Notes under the pieces: model-generated
Database searches by the model: none
What the model saw: the letters and a program-made list of their open reading frames with translations, nothing else
Told to the model about the DNA's origin: nothing
Source: Macrostomum lignano
Lineage: Eukaryota
Direction: 5' to 3'
DNA: 64,000 nt
Assembly (NCBI GenBank): GCA_002269645.1
Contig: NIVC01002683.1
Span: 62,001-126,000 of the forward strand
Translations under genes and position numbers: made by a program
Shown here: one piece after another, positions 27,015 to 38,039 of the stretch
Layout of the letters: each line of letters opens with the position of its first letter
Numbering within the stretch: the stretch's first letter is position 1

Positions 27015-27548
27015 CTCAATGACAAACTGACTGAACCTAATCGGATGAAAGTTCGTGATTCCACCTCTGAATGTCCCTTGATCACTTTGCCTTACTTTGG
27101 TGTTTGTTCTATAGAGTTTAAAAAGAAGTTAGAAAAGCTGCTCCGTAAAGACTTAAACACTCAAATCCGTGTTGTGTTTCGTACCGAAAAGATTGCTAAG
27201 TTTGTCTGCAAGTTGAAATCCAGTGTTCCACGTCCTCTCGCGGCTGGTGTCGTGTATAAATTTGTTTGCTCTGAGGACCAGAGCATCTCCTACATAGGAA
27301 AAACTAAACGACACTTATACACGAGGGTCAGAGAGCACTGGCTAAAAAACTCTGCTATTAACGAACACCTGCTAACCTGCAATTCTTGTTGTGAGGCTGA
27401 ACCACACGAAATGATTAAGGCTATTGATTTTTGTAATAGAGATCACATGCTCTGCCTATTAGAAGCCCTGTACATTAAGACCAAACAGCCCACGTTAAAT
27501 AACCAACTTGCGATGGGTGGGGCTAGCCGTCAACTCAGAATTTTTTAG
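27012..27548 (+). pseudogene. Truncated Penelope-like ORF C-terminus (GIY-YIG endonuclease), second copy
   Basis: ORF 27045..27548 has the same translated sequence as the corresponding part of the minus copy. Confidence 0.85.
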
Positions 27549-27730
27549 CTGATTTGTCAATGACCGGACTGGCTTGAAACTGATATGCACTTTACCCAAC
27601 CAATACTGTATCAAAAATTGTTTACTATGTACAAGTTTTAAACCATCAATTAAAAACTCAAGTCAACTACTCTTGTTACTCTCAACTATCTATATATACT
27701 GAATATTCGTTCAAATTGTTTCTCAATAAA

Positions 27731-27780
27731 AAGACCCTGACGATGTCCTAATGCAAATGGACGAAATGCATCGGCAACTC
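27731..27780 (+). ncRNA. Candidate minimal type I hammerhead ribozyme in the Penelope 3' region
   Basis: CTGACGA (27737-43), T, stem II GTCC/GGAC, GAAA (27763-66), palindromic ATGCAT, then ATC with a predicted cleavage after 27772. Minimal hammerheads are established features of Penelope-like elements. Helix I looks weak (CC/GG only). Confidence 0.65.
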
Positions 27781-30018
27781 AAATAATACTTCATGTTGAT
27801 ATTTACCTTTATTTATCTACTCTTCATCAAGCGAGCCACTTTACCTGATTACAATGAAATTGATATGAAGTTTTGTAACCAACAAAGTAAATAATGTAAC
27901 AAGTACAAGTTAAAGCAAAATACCTTCAAGTAATCACTAATTCTATAAATTATTAATCAAAAGACCTGTTCCCGAATCTCGAGTTTTTTAGGGTCGGAAT
28001 TCTGGTCCCGCAGGAATTCAATTTTCCTCGGGATCCTAAGATTTCGGGATCGGGATCAGGATCCCGTCCGACCTCTAGTATCAGGCCTATTTTACTATTT
28101 AAGAATAAAGTAATAACATTATATTATGATGGTTATGAGTCATGACTATTTTATGAATGGCATCTATCTAATCAAGTTTAAATTAAACTAGGCCTATGGG
28201 TTATCTTGTCTAGGCCTAGTGCAATTTTAGACCTTGGGTATAAATGTCTATAGTGTCTATTGTATAGGCCTATTTATAATATTGTAATACTAGGCCTAAT
28301 AAACAGTGTTAGGCAGGCACCAGCCTAGTAAAAAGCATTAAAAAGCATTAAAGATCTTTCATTAACACTAATAGATTGAAGATTGCCATTTTTACATTTT
28401 TACATTAATTTGCATTAGACGCTAATAATTTTGTGAGTTAATGACAAATTTATTATTGACATTAATGGCAATGTCAATGACAAAGATTCAAAGAAAGAAC
28501 AAAAACATAAGTCTGACAATAAGTCACAGCATTAAAGATAGGCCTATATTTGAATTTATCTAAATGCCCAATTAATCTTTGTTTATAACAATATAATAAG
28601 TTTTAGATAAATAAGTTATTTCCCTATTGGAATAAGTGTAGAAAACTTAAGGATGCGCAATGGGGTCTAAAATTGTAGTTTAAAAATTTGGCTTGACGTA
28701 GAAAATATTAACTTTTTTACCAAATACAGGTGTACTAATTAGATAATGAGGCATTTAGCCTTAATAAGATAGACATAGTTACTTTTACCATTTAGCCAAA
28801 ATGGCACCATACTGCAACACTATCTGCCTTGACTCTAGTCTAGTCCTTCTAGAAAGTGTGAAAAGTGGAGAGAGAAGAGAGAAAAGGGTGAAAAAAGTGA
28901 GAGGAGAAGGGGAGGAGAAGAAAGAGGAAAGATGGGATTGAGAAAAGATGGGATAGTAGATGAGTCAAGGTAAGGTACATTGTTTGAGGAAAGCCAGGAA
29001 AACAAAAGCAAAAATGAACATTAGCATTTTTTTCTTTAATAATAGGAAATTACAATTTATATAATTTATAAATTACTAATTTATATATTAATTATAAATT
29101 ACAATTTATATACAAAACATGTTTGGCAAAATATTTTGCACAAAGATTAATAAATTGTAATTTTGTATTATTAAATAAAAAATGCAAATAGTAGATGAGA
29201 TGAGAAGATAAAGCAGAGAAAAGAAAAAAGAGTAAAGAGGAGACAGAAAAGAAAGGAGAAGAGCTGAGATAAGTTTCAATAACCTCAAATCCTAATTTGA
29301 CACAATTTTACTCTATTTTTTGCTTACCTAAAGTATTATACCTCCAGTATTCCTAAGTAATTAACAATTTCTGTTTGAGTATGATTTTAGATTTAAGAAT
29401 GCATGTAAAATAGTTCCCAGGATTAGAATTTGGTTGGTTCAAAATCTGCAGTTAAGAGTCAGAGATCCTTGAGTTGAAATTATTGATAATCTGATGCAAT
29501 AAAAGTGAAAACTTCCTATGTTTCTTATTATAGTAAAGGTTTAATAGAATCTATTTTTCCAGATAAAGTGTGATTCTGATTCTAATTTTTGCTAGCATCC
29601 TAGAATTTTAAGATTATGGAATATATATATAAGTTAAATGGGATCAATTTTTGGGATTCTTTCTACCCTTAGCCAATCAGTGGAGTAGTTCAATTGTAAA
29701 TGCATTTGAATTTCACCACAACCCCAGGTATAATTCTTTTCGAGACCACATTTATTTGGGGCTTGTGTGTGAAAATTGACTGGATAGTATTGTGTGATTC
29801 ATATACATGTGGGGAGGGGCAATTCCTTCAGACACAAAAAGTGTACATGCCTGTTTATTAGAAAGTCAGGGCCGACAGCATTATGTAGGGTGTTTACAGC
29901 TCCCTACATAACTTGCTAAGTGTACTTTTGTTTATTGTTATTACTGTAGCATTTCATTTTCGCAGTCATAATATCAACTTTCAGAAATTTTAAACACCTA
30001 TCAACAAAACGGCGCACA

Positions 30019-30354
30019 ATGTCTTCTGGTACAAGCAAACCTGATCAGCAGAAAAAAGACGATAAAAGCAACAACAAAGACAAGGACAAAGAATCATCAT
30101 CCGCTGGAGCCAATGCCAGCCCAAAGAAAGACGTTGGCATGCTTGAGGACGATGACGAGTTTGAAGAATTCCCAACTGAAGACTGGGGCCCAGCCGATGA
30201 GGAAGGATCCGACGATCCTGACGCGGTGAACGTCTGGGAGGACAACTGGGACGATGATGATGTTGAAGATGATTTTAGTAAGCAGCTTCGCGCGGAACTG
30301 GCTAAACAGGGCTTCACGGCTGCTCAAGTGCCTGTTATCAAACAGGATAATTAG
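30019..30354 (+). CDS. SEM1: 26S proteasome complex subunit SEM1/DSS1 (intronless CDS)
   Basis: [15 protein letters not shown]...[24 protein letters not shown] is the DSS1/SEM1 signature. Confidence 0.97.
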   Translation: MSSGTSKPDQQKKDDKSNNKDKDKESSSAGANASPKKDVGMLEDDDEFEEFPTEDWGPADEEGSDDPDAVNVWEDNWDDDDVEDDFSKQLRAELAKQGFTAAQVPVIKQDN

Positions 30355-30479
30355 ATTGTCAGAAACGGTCACTTTGAAAACTTTTGTACCTGTTAATTTA
30401 CTTAGGTTAGAAGTATATCGTCTAAATAAATTATCCGACAATGTTTGACAATAAATTAGTTTACACATTGTGTCTGACA

Positions 30480-30785
30480 ATATATTAGCTGGCATATTTT
30501 GTCAGACATTTTATCAGCTGACACATTTTGTTAGACAATATATTAGCTGACACATTTTGTCTGACAATATCAGCTGACACATTTTGTCTAACAATATATT
30601 AGCTGACACATTTTGTCTGACAATATATTAGCTGACACATTTTGTCTGACAATATATCAGCTGACACTTTTTGTCTAACAATATATTAGCTGACACATTT
30701 TCTCTGACAATATATTAGCTGACACATTTTGTCTGACAATATCAGCTGACACATTTTGTCTGACAGTGTTTTGATCTGACACATT
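30480..30785. repeat. ~26-29 bp minisatellite (TATTAGCTGACACATTTTGTCTGACAATA)
   Basis: About 10 tandem units downstream of SEM1. Confidence 0.9.
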
Positions 30786-31320
30786 GTAAGCTGAGAATAG
30801 ATTAGCAAACACTAACTTGTCAGATTATCATATTAACTGATATAACTAATTGCAACTATACATCAGGATAATCTATTGTAGTTGATGTCTTGCAGAGGTG
30901 GGCTGGTAATTAATTCTTTTACTCAGAAACACCGTAAGCCGGCATGTGTGCATATTTATTCAATTTAAAATCCTAGCTACTGACCATTAACTCAATAAGT
31001 AACAAAGTATGCAAATTCTGCTTTGAAAGGATTTGTTTTTGTGTGGACTTAAAAAAGCATTTTAAAATTATTGTGCACCTAAACCCTACCCGTGTTTTGG
31101 AACTGAACACAATTCAACATTGTTGCTAATTCAACCGCTTGTTTACTAATAGTAGTTGTAATTCAATAATAAAAGTATATTTCTGCATTCGGTGAACAAA
31201 ATACGCTTTGTTTTCTGGCTGACTTTTCACTTTGATAAAGTACCTGTTGTACTTGTGTTATTTCAGTTTATTTAGGTACTTTGTATTTTTATTGTAAGCA
31301 AACATTTGTAGTTTAATTGC

Positions 31321-34130
31321 TCAAGTTGTCAATCTCCTAATCAAGATGTCATTCTTCTAATCAAGATGTCATTCTTCTAATCAAGATGTCATTCTCCTAA
31401 TAAAGATGTCATTCTCCTAATAAAGATGTCATTCTCTAATCAATATGTCATTCTCCTAATCAAGATGTCATTCTCTAATCAATATGTCATTCTCCTAATC
31501 CAGATGTCATTCTCTAATCAATATGTCATTCTTCTAATCAATATGTCATTCTCCTAATCAAGATGTCATTCCCCTAATCAAGATGTCATTCTCCTAATCA
31601 ATATGTCATTCTCCTAATCAATATGTCATTCTCCTAATCAAGATGTCATTCTCTAATCAATATGTCATTCTCCTAATCAAGATGTCATTCTCTAATCAAT
31701 ATGTCATTCTCCTAATAAAGATGTCATTCTCTAATCAATATGTCATTCTCCTAATCAAGATGTCATTCTTCTAATCAAGATGTCATTCTTCTAATCAAGA
31801 TGTCATTCTCCTAATAAAGATGTCATTCTCCTAATAAAGATGTCATTCTCTAATCAATATGTCATTCTCCTAATCAAGATGTCATTCTCTAATCAATATG
31901 TCATTCTCCTAATCAAGATGTCATTCTTCTAATCAAGATGTCATTCTTCTAATCAAGATGTCATTCTCCTAATAAAGATGTCATTCTCTAATCAATATGT
32001 CATTCTCCTAATCAAGATGTCATTCTTCTAATCAAGATGTCATTCTTCTAATCAAGATGTCATTCTCCTAATAAAGATGTCATTCTCCTAATAAAGATGT
32101 CATTCTCTAATCAATATGTCATTCTCCTAATCAAGATGTCATTCTCTAATCAATATGTCATTCTCCTAATCCAGATGTCATTCTCTAATCAATATGTCAT
32201 TCTCCTAATCAATATGTCATTCTCCTAATCAAGATGTCATTCCCCTAATCAAGATGTCATTCTCCTAATCAATATGTCATTCTCCTAATCAATATGTCAT
32301 TCTCCTAATCAAGATGTCATTCTCTAATCAATATGTCATTCTCCTAATCAATATGTCATTCTCCTAATCCAGATGTCATTCTCTAATCAATATGTCATTC
32401 TCCTAATCAATATGTCATTCTCCTAATCAAGATGTCATTCTCCTAATCAATATGTCATTCTCCTAATCAAGATGTCATTCTCTAATCAATATGTCATTCT
32501 CCTAATCCAGATGTCATTCTCTAATCAATATGTCATTCTCCTAATCAATATGTCATTCTCCTAATCAAGATGTCATTCTCTAATCAATATGTCATTCTCC
32601 TAATCAAGATGTCATTCTCCTAATCAATATGTCATTCTCCTAATCAATATGTCATTCTCTAATCAATATGTCATTCTCCTAATCAATATGTCATTCTCCT
32701 AATCAATATGTCATTCTCCTAATCAATATGTCATTCTCCTAATCAATATGTCATTCTCCTAATCAATATGTCATTCTCCTAATCCAGATGTCATTCTCTA
32801 ATCAATATGTCATTCTCCTAATCAATATGTCATTCTCCTAATCCAGATGTCATTCTCTAATCAATATGTCATTCTCCTAATCAATATGTCATTCTCCTAA
32901 TCAAGATGTCATTCTCTAATCAATATGTCATTCTCCTAATCAATATGTCATTCTCCTAATCAATATGTCATTCTCTAATCAATATGTCATTCTCCTAATC
33001 AATATGTCATTCTCCTAATCCAGATGTCATTCTCTAATCAATATGTCATTCTCCTAATCAATATGTCATTCTCCTAATCAAGATGTCATTCTCTAATCAA
33101 TATGTCATTCTCCTAATCAATATGTCATTCTCCTAATCAATATGTCATTCTCTAATCAATATGTCATTCTCCTAATCAAGATGTCATTCTCCTAATCAAG
33201 ATGTCATTCCCCTAATCAAGATGTCATTCTCCTAATCAGTGTGTCATTCACTCTCCTAATCAAGATGTCATTTCCCTAATCAATGTCATTCTCCTAATCA
33301 AGACGTCATTCTCTAATCAATATGTCATTCTCCTAATCAAGACGTCATTCTCTAATCAAGATGTCATTCTCCTAATCAAGATGTCATTCCCCTAATCAAG
33401 ATGTCATTCTCCTAATCAAGATTTCACTCTCCTAATCAGGGTGTCATTCACTCTCCTAATCAGGGTGTCATTCACTCCTAATCAGGGTGTCATTCACTCT
33501 CCTAATCAGGGTGTCATTCACTCCTAATCAGGGTGTCATTCACTCTCCTAATCAGGGTGTCATTCACTCCTAATCAAGATGTCATTCTCGTAATTAAGAC
33601 GTCATCATTCTCCTAATCAAGATGTTATTCTCCTAATCAAGATGTCATTCTCCTAATCAAGATTTTATTATCCTAACCAGGGTGTCATGCACTCTCCTAA
33701 TTAAAATGCCACTCTCCTAATCAGGGTGTCATTCACTCTCCTAATCAGGATTTCACTCTCCTAATCAGGGTGTCACTCTCCTAATCAGGATATCACTCTC
33801 CTAATCAGGGTGTCAGTCTCCTAATCAGGATGTCACTCTCCTAATCAGCGTGTCACTCTCCTAATCAGGATGTCACTCTCCAAATCAGCGTGTCACTCTC
33901 CTAATCAGGATGTCACTCTCCTAATCAGCGTGTCACTCTCCTAATCAGGATGTCACTCTCCAAATCAGCGTGTCACTCTCCTAATCAGGATGTCACTCTC
34001 CTAATCAGCGTGTCACTCTCCTAATCAGGATGTCACTCTCCTAATCAGCGTGTCACTCTCCTAATCAGGTTATCACTCGCCTAATCAGGTTATCACTCGC
34101 CTAATCAGGTTGTCACTCTCCTAATCAAGG
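31321..34130. repeat. Satellite of 20-21 bp units (CTAATCAAGATGTCATTCTC)
   Basis: 2.8 kb tandem array. Variants (AATCAGGATGTCACTCTCCT / AATCAGCGTGTCACTCTCCT) replace the unit toward the right end. Confidence 0.97.
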
Positions 34131-34246
34131 TATTAATTTGTCTCAATAGTCATAATGTCAATCTGTAATAGGAAACAAGACTTAAAGACAGCAGACAATC
34201 AAACTGCAGTACAGACTAATTGCTTTAAAATTGCTAAACTTGCTTC

Positions 34247-35098
34247 ATGCTGACCTGGATCAAATCTAGGCTACCAGTTAAAACTGGAGCCAACAGCACA
34301 GTAAGCAAAACTACTAATAGTAGCAACAGTCATGAAGAAAGCACTGCTGACGCTGCACAGGAAAGTGCATCCGTTGCTGACGCAAATTCTGAATCTCTAA
34401 CAGCCATCTCCGTACAGCCATCGATTACGTCATCAGCTTCGTCAATAATCAGTTTTCATAAACAGAAGCCTGCAAAAAATGCTACGGTTGATACTGAGCA
34501 AGGTGTTAACCAACAACAAGACAATGCTTCAGACTCTGATGAAGCAGCAGATGACGGAGACACGGCCGAATCGTCGGCGCTACTGTCCAATTGGTTTAAA
34601 AATTCCAGTGTACTCTCAGGTGCATCCAGCACTAAAGATCCAATTTTACACTGTCTTGGCCTGTCTAGAAAGCAGCGAGTCCTGGTATTTGTCTGCCTGT
34701 TGTTACTAGGCAGTTTGTTTCTCAGTCTTAGTTTCGTCTTTCTTCTCATGCTGCTATTGAAAGCGAGAAAATTTGCCATCTTGTATTCAATGGGCTCTTT
34801 CTGTTTAATATTGTCCTTCTCTGCGCTGTGGGGTCCGGTGGCGCACTTCAAGCATCTTGTCTCCGGGCCTAGGATTACATTTTCGGCCGCTTATTTCAGC
34901 AGTTTGATTGGCACTTTGTATTGCGCTATTGGGCTGCACTCTGCCCTAGCCGCTCTGGTTTGTTGCGCCTGTCAAATTGGCTGTTTAGTCTGGTATTTGG
35001 TTTCCTACATTCCTGGTGGAGTTAAGGGACTTCAAGTTTTTGCTAAAATGTTCTACTCGGCTTCCGTTCGAACAGTGAAGTCTTGCGCTCCGGCTTAG
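34247..35098 (+). CDS. SFT2D3: Got1/Sft2-family vesicle transport protein (SFT2D3-like), intronless
   Basis: LSRKQRVLVF...KARKFAILYSMGS...LWGPVAHFKHLVSGPR...WYLVSYIPGG matches the Sft2 domain. The long low-complexity N-terminus is as in SFT2D3/SFT2C. Paralogue assignment is by recall. Confidence 0.88.
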   Translation: MLTWIKSRLPVKTGANSTVSKTTNSSNSHEESTADAAQESASVADANSESLTAISVQPSITSSASSIISFHKQKPAKNATVDTEQGVNQQQDNASDSDEAADDGDTAESSALLSNWFKNSSVLSGASSTKDPILHCLGLSRKQRVLVFVCLLLLGSLFLSLSFVFLLMLLLKARKFAILYSMGSFCLILSFSALWGPVAHFKHLVSGPRITFSAAYFSSLIGTLYCAIGLHSALAALVCCACQIGCLVWYLVSYIPGGVKGLQVFAKMFYSASVRTVKSCAPA

Positions 35099-35206
35099 GA
35101 TTCATCAAAAACTTGGGAGTATTGGTCTTCCGAATTTTTGTTGCCGTGTCAAGATCAACATTCGGATATGCAGTGAAGCTATGATATAAACCTACCGCTT
35201 TTGATG

Positions 35207-35960
35207 ATCTAAATGGGAATTCGGACAATCAAAACGGGACGCCATAGACATTCAAGCCAGGCCACAGATCGCACCCTAGTCATGAACTTTAGCAGTTTAG
35301 CGAAGTCTAACTGAGGCAGGCTTGGCCATAGACTATAACTTTGGACATTCAATATGGGAAAAAGCCATTCAAAACGAGAATCGGACTGAGATTTTATGGC
35401 TCTCTGTCCCTTCCTCCTCCCCGGTTTGCTCGTCTTTGGCCTGAAAGCGACCCCATTCAGTGGCGCCAGCAATTCCTGTAGCAGATCGCCAGCGGCTGAT
35501 TGATGCGATTGAACAAGGGCCATCTATCGCTGGCGCTGCAAGAATCTTGCAAATCAAGAAAACAACCGCATTCTGAATCGCTGCCAACTTTCGACTCGAT
35601 GGAATCCCTTCTTCGCGGTGGTCGAAAAGAAGGATTGTGCAAGGCCGATCAGGAAATCGGAGAATTCTTGAAGTTTAGAAGTTGAGAAACTCGATGAAAA
35701 CCCTTTGCTGACGCTCAATAAGTTCTGAGTTACACTCTGAGGATACTTTGTTCACTTTTAAATATTCCAGTGGCCCTGAGATATAAAAAAATACATTAAA
35801 TTAGGCGAATTTCCGTTTTGAATGGCTTTTTCCCATTTTAACTGTCCAATGTCCATTTCACATTCTATGATTGTGTATTCCCAAGCAGCCCGAGTCTGTG
35901 GCCTGCATGGCTTGAATGTCTATGGCATCCCGTTTTGATTGTCCAAATTCCCATGTAGAT
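35207..35960. mobile_element. Inverted-repeat (MITE/foldback) element about 110 bp downstream of the SFT2 stop
   Basis: ATCTAAATGGGAATTCGGACAATCAAAACGGGACGCCATAGACATTCAAGCCA at 35207 matches the reverse complement of ~35907-35960. A second matching block is 35343-35395 versus 35810-35865. Superfamily not determined. Confidence 0.75.
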
Positions 35961-36643
35961 TAAGGTATATTAATATCAATATCATTGTTACCATATCCAT
36001 GCTTCAGTAATGCCTTGTCTGGCTTGTTTTATGCTGGTATTTTAAGAATTAAAACCCACTGGGTTCTTACTTAACATGTATACATACTTTTTTCAAGCTA
36101 ATTAATTGATACTATGAGCAAGAGTCCTTAGGCGGTATCGAGCTATCGAAGACTGACTTTTCATTGTCTATAGCCCAAATTTGGGACCATTTTGTAGAAT
36201 ATTTTTTGCTCTAGTAGGTGGGCTTGGTCCGTGTTTTACTTTGTTTTACTTAATTGCATTTTTCAAAGTTTGGTATCCTATAGTTATAGTTCGATATGTT
36301 ACTGTTGCAATATGCAGATGGATTAGTATATAAACTACTGATTTCTGACGATAGATACTATTGATTAATTGATTGATTTCAAATTTGCTTACCATACTAA
36401 ATTATGCATGAATTTTTGTTTTTGGTTTAATTAATAGATACCAGAAATAGCATAGATAATTTACTCGCAATTTAAGTTGCAAAAAAGCAGAGCGTCTACT
36501 ACTTTTTAGTAGTTTGTGTCTGTGCTGCGTCGCTTAAATTTAATGTGAAAAAAATATTTTGGGGGGAGGGTTGCGGCTTCAATTGACAAACGAACACTAG
36601 ATGTGCTCATATAAATTTGAACACAAGTTAACGCAAGACAGAT

Positions 36644-36864
36644 GAAACTCAGCCTAGTGGGCAGGCCCAATCTGACTCAGCCAATGAGAGAGCAGTTAGG
36701 AAAGAGGGTCAAAGTCAGACGGACGAAACTGAGCCTAGGGGGGGCAGGCCCAATCTAGCTCAGCCAATGAGAGAGCAGTTAGGAAAGAGCGTCAAAGTCA
36801 GACGGACGAAACTGAGCCTAGGGGGGGCAGGCCCAATCTAGCTCAGCCAATGAGAGAGCAGCAA
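36644..36864. repeat. ~83-bp tandem repeat, about 2.7 copies, with two CCAAT motifs per unit
   Basis: GAAACTGAGCCTAGGG...GGCCCAATCTAGCTCAGCCAATGAGAGAGCAG starts at 36644, ~36726 and ~36809. Confidence 0.85.
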
Positions 36865-38039
36865 AGAAGAGAGGTCAGTCAAGCGGGCAAAAGAAAAGCC
36901 AAACTTTTTATCGGTCTGGTAGTGGCTGGGGCGCCACTTTTTGTTTGCCTACCTTTAGTCCGTCATCAATAAATTTATTTCAAATGCGACCAATTTTAAG
37001 TGGAGTTGGTAAAACAGGGCAAGGATGCCAACTTAACGGGGCTGCTTGTAAGAAGCTAGAGGTTATTTTTGCGGCTTCAAACACTTTCAATATCTTGTAA
37101 AATTTATTACATTTTTATTAGATTAATATCAAAAAGGAAAATATGTCATTTTTGCTACTGAAAATAGTAGATGTGCGCATTTTTGCATGACATGTCTAGC
37201 TATTCTATTAATTAACTGTGGTTCAAACAATAAATACCTTCTAAAAACAATAAGAATTCTTGTGATTGTATTAAAGTTTAAAAATCCAATAATTTTTTAC
37301 ATTTTTATGATTTCGTTCAATTTCACTTTTAAACAGAAAAAGATATTGGTAACTGGTCAGTCTGTTACAATCTGACTAACAAGATCCTAAATTTGCATGT
37401 ATTTTTGACACTATATTCTCGTTTAATTTAGCCTGATAACGTGTGAAGAGTTCATATTGTACGAGTATCTGCATGCAGAAGAGTGTTCAATATGTACATA
37501 TGAGCTATAACTGTACAGTTAATCTGGTGGCCGCATACAGTATTCTAAAAGCATTTTGCATGGAGCTAAGATATCAAACGACAATAAATATCGAACGTAC
37601 ACATTAAAATTGAAATTTATAGTACATTTACTTCTACATGTAAATGATTTTACTGTGTACATGTCTATCAATAGTGGCCTTGGTTCAAGTACAAGTCACA
37701 AATTATGTACAGTTACATGCAAATCATTTTTCTCCAATGCATTATGGGGATTAGTGCAGCCTTTTACAGCTCGTTACAATCCCTCAAAAAGCTCGCTTAC
37801 ATGTACAAGGTACAGCATAGTAGCTCTCCTACAATTAATATCTCTATTCAGCACCCTGTTTTATTATTTAAAGGTGCCTGTAAATTAGTCTTGTCCCACG
37901 ACCCACAGTTACGAGCTATTCCAACGACGTAATCCTTTCCCTTGCGTACCGCTGACTAATTCTTAGGTCAAGCTTGCCTATAAGTAGTTTGAGAAAGTTT
38001 CTCCTATATAGCTCTCTTATTGATATAGCTCGTAGGTCT

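Larger units (their letters stand above)
26139..27850. mobile_element. Penelope-like retroelement: two 5'-truncated copies joined head-to-head (inverted)
   Basis: Arms 26138-26946 and 27012-27820 are near-perfect inverted repeats. Both encode a GIY-YIG endonuclease (GVVYKFVC...SYIGKTKRHLYTRVREH...LEALYIKTKQPTLN). The left arm extends to LSYNGYPKNFV. A 12-bp direct repeat ACAATGAAATTG flanks the unit (26127-26138, 27851-27862). No RT domain is present. Confidence 0.92.
25961..28077. mobile_element. hAT-type MITE interrupted by a Penelope-like insertion
   Basis: TIR TAGAGGTCGGAYGGGAT at both ends, GGGATC subterminal repeats, and a perfect 8-bp TSD GTATCAGG (25953-25960, 28078-28085). Confidence 0.9.
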
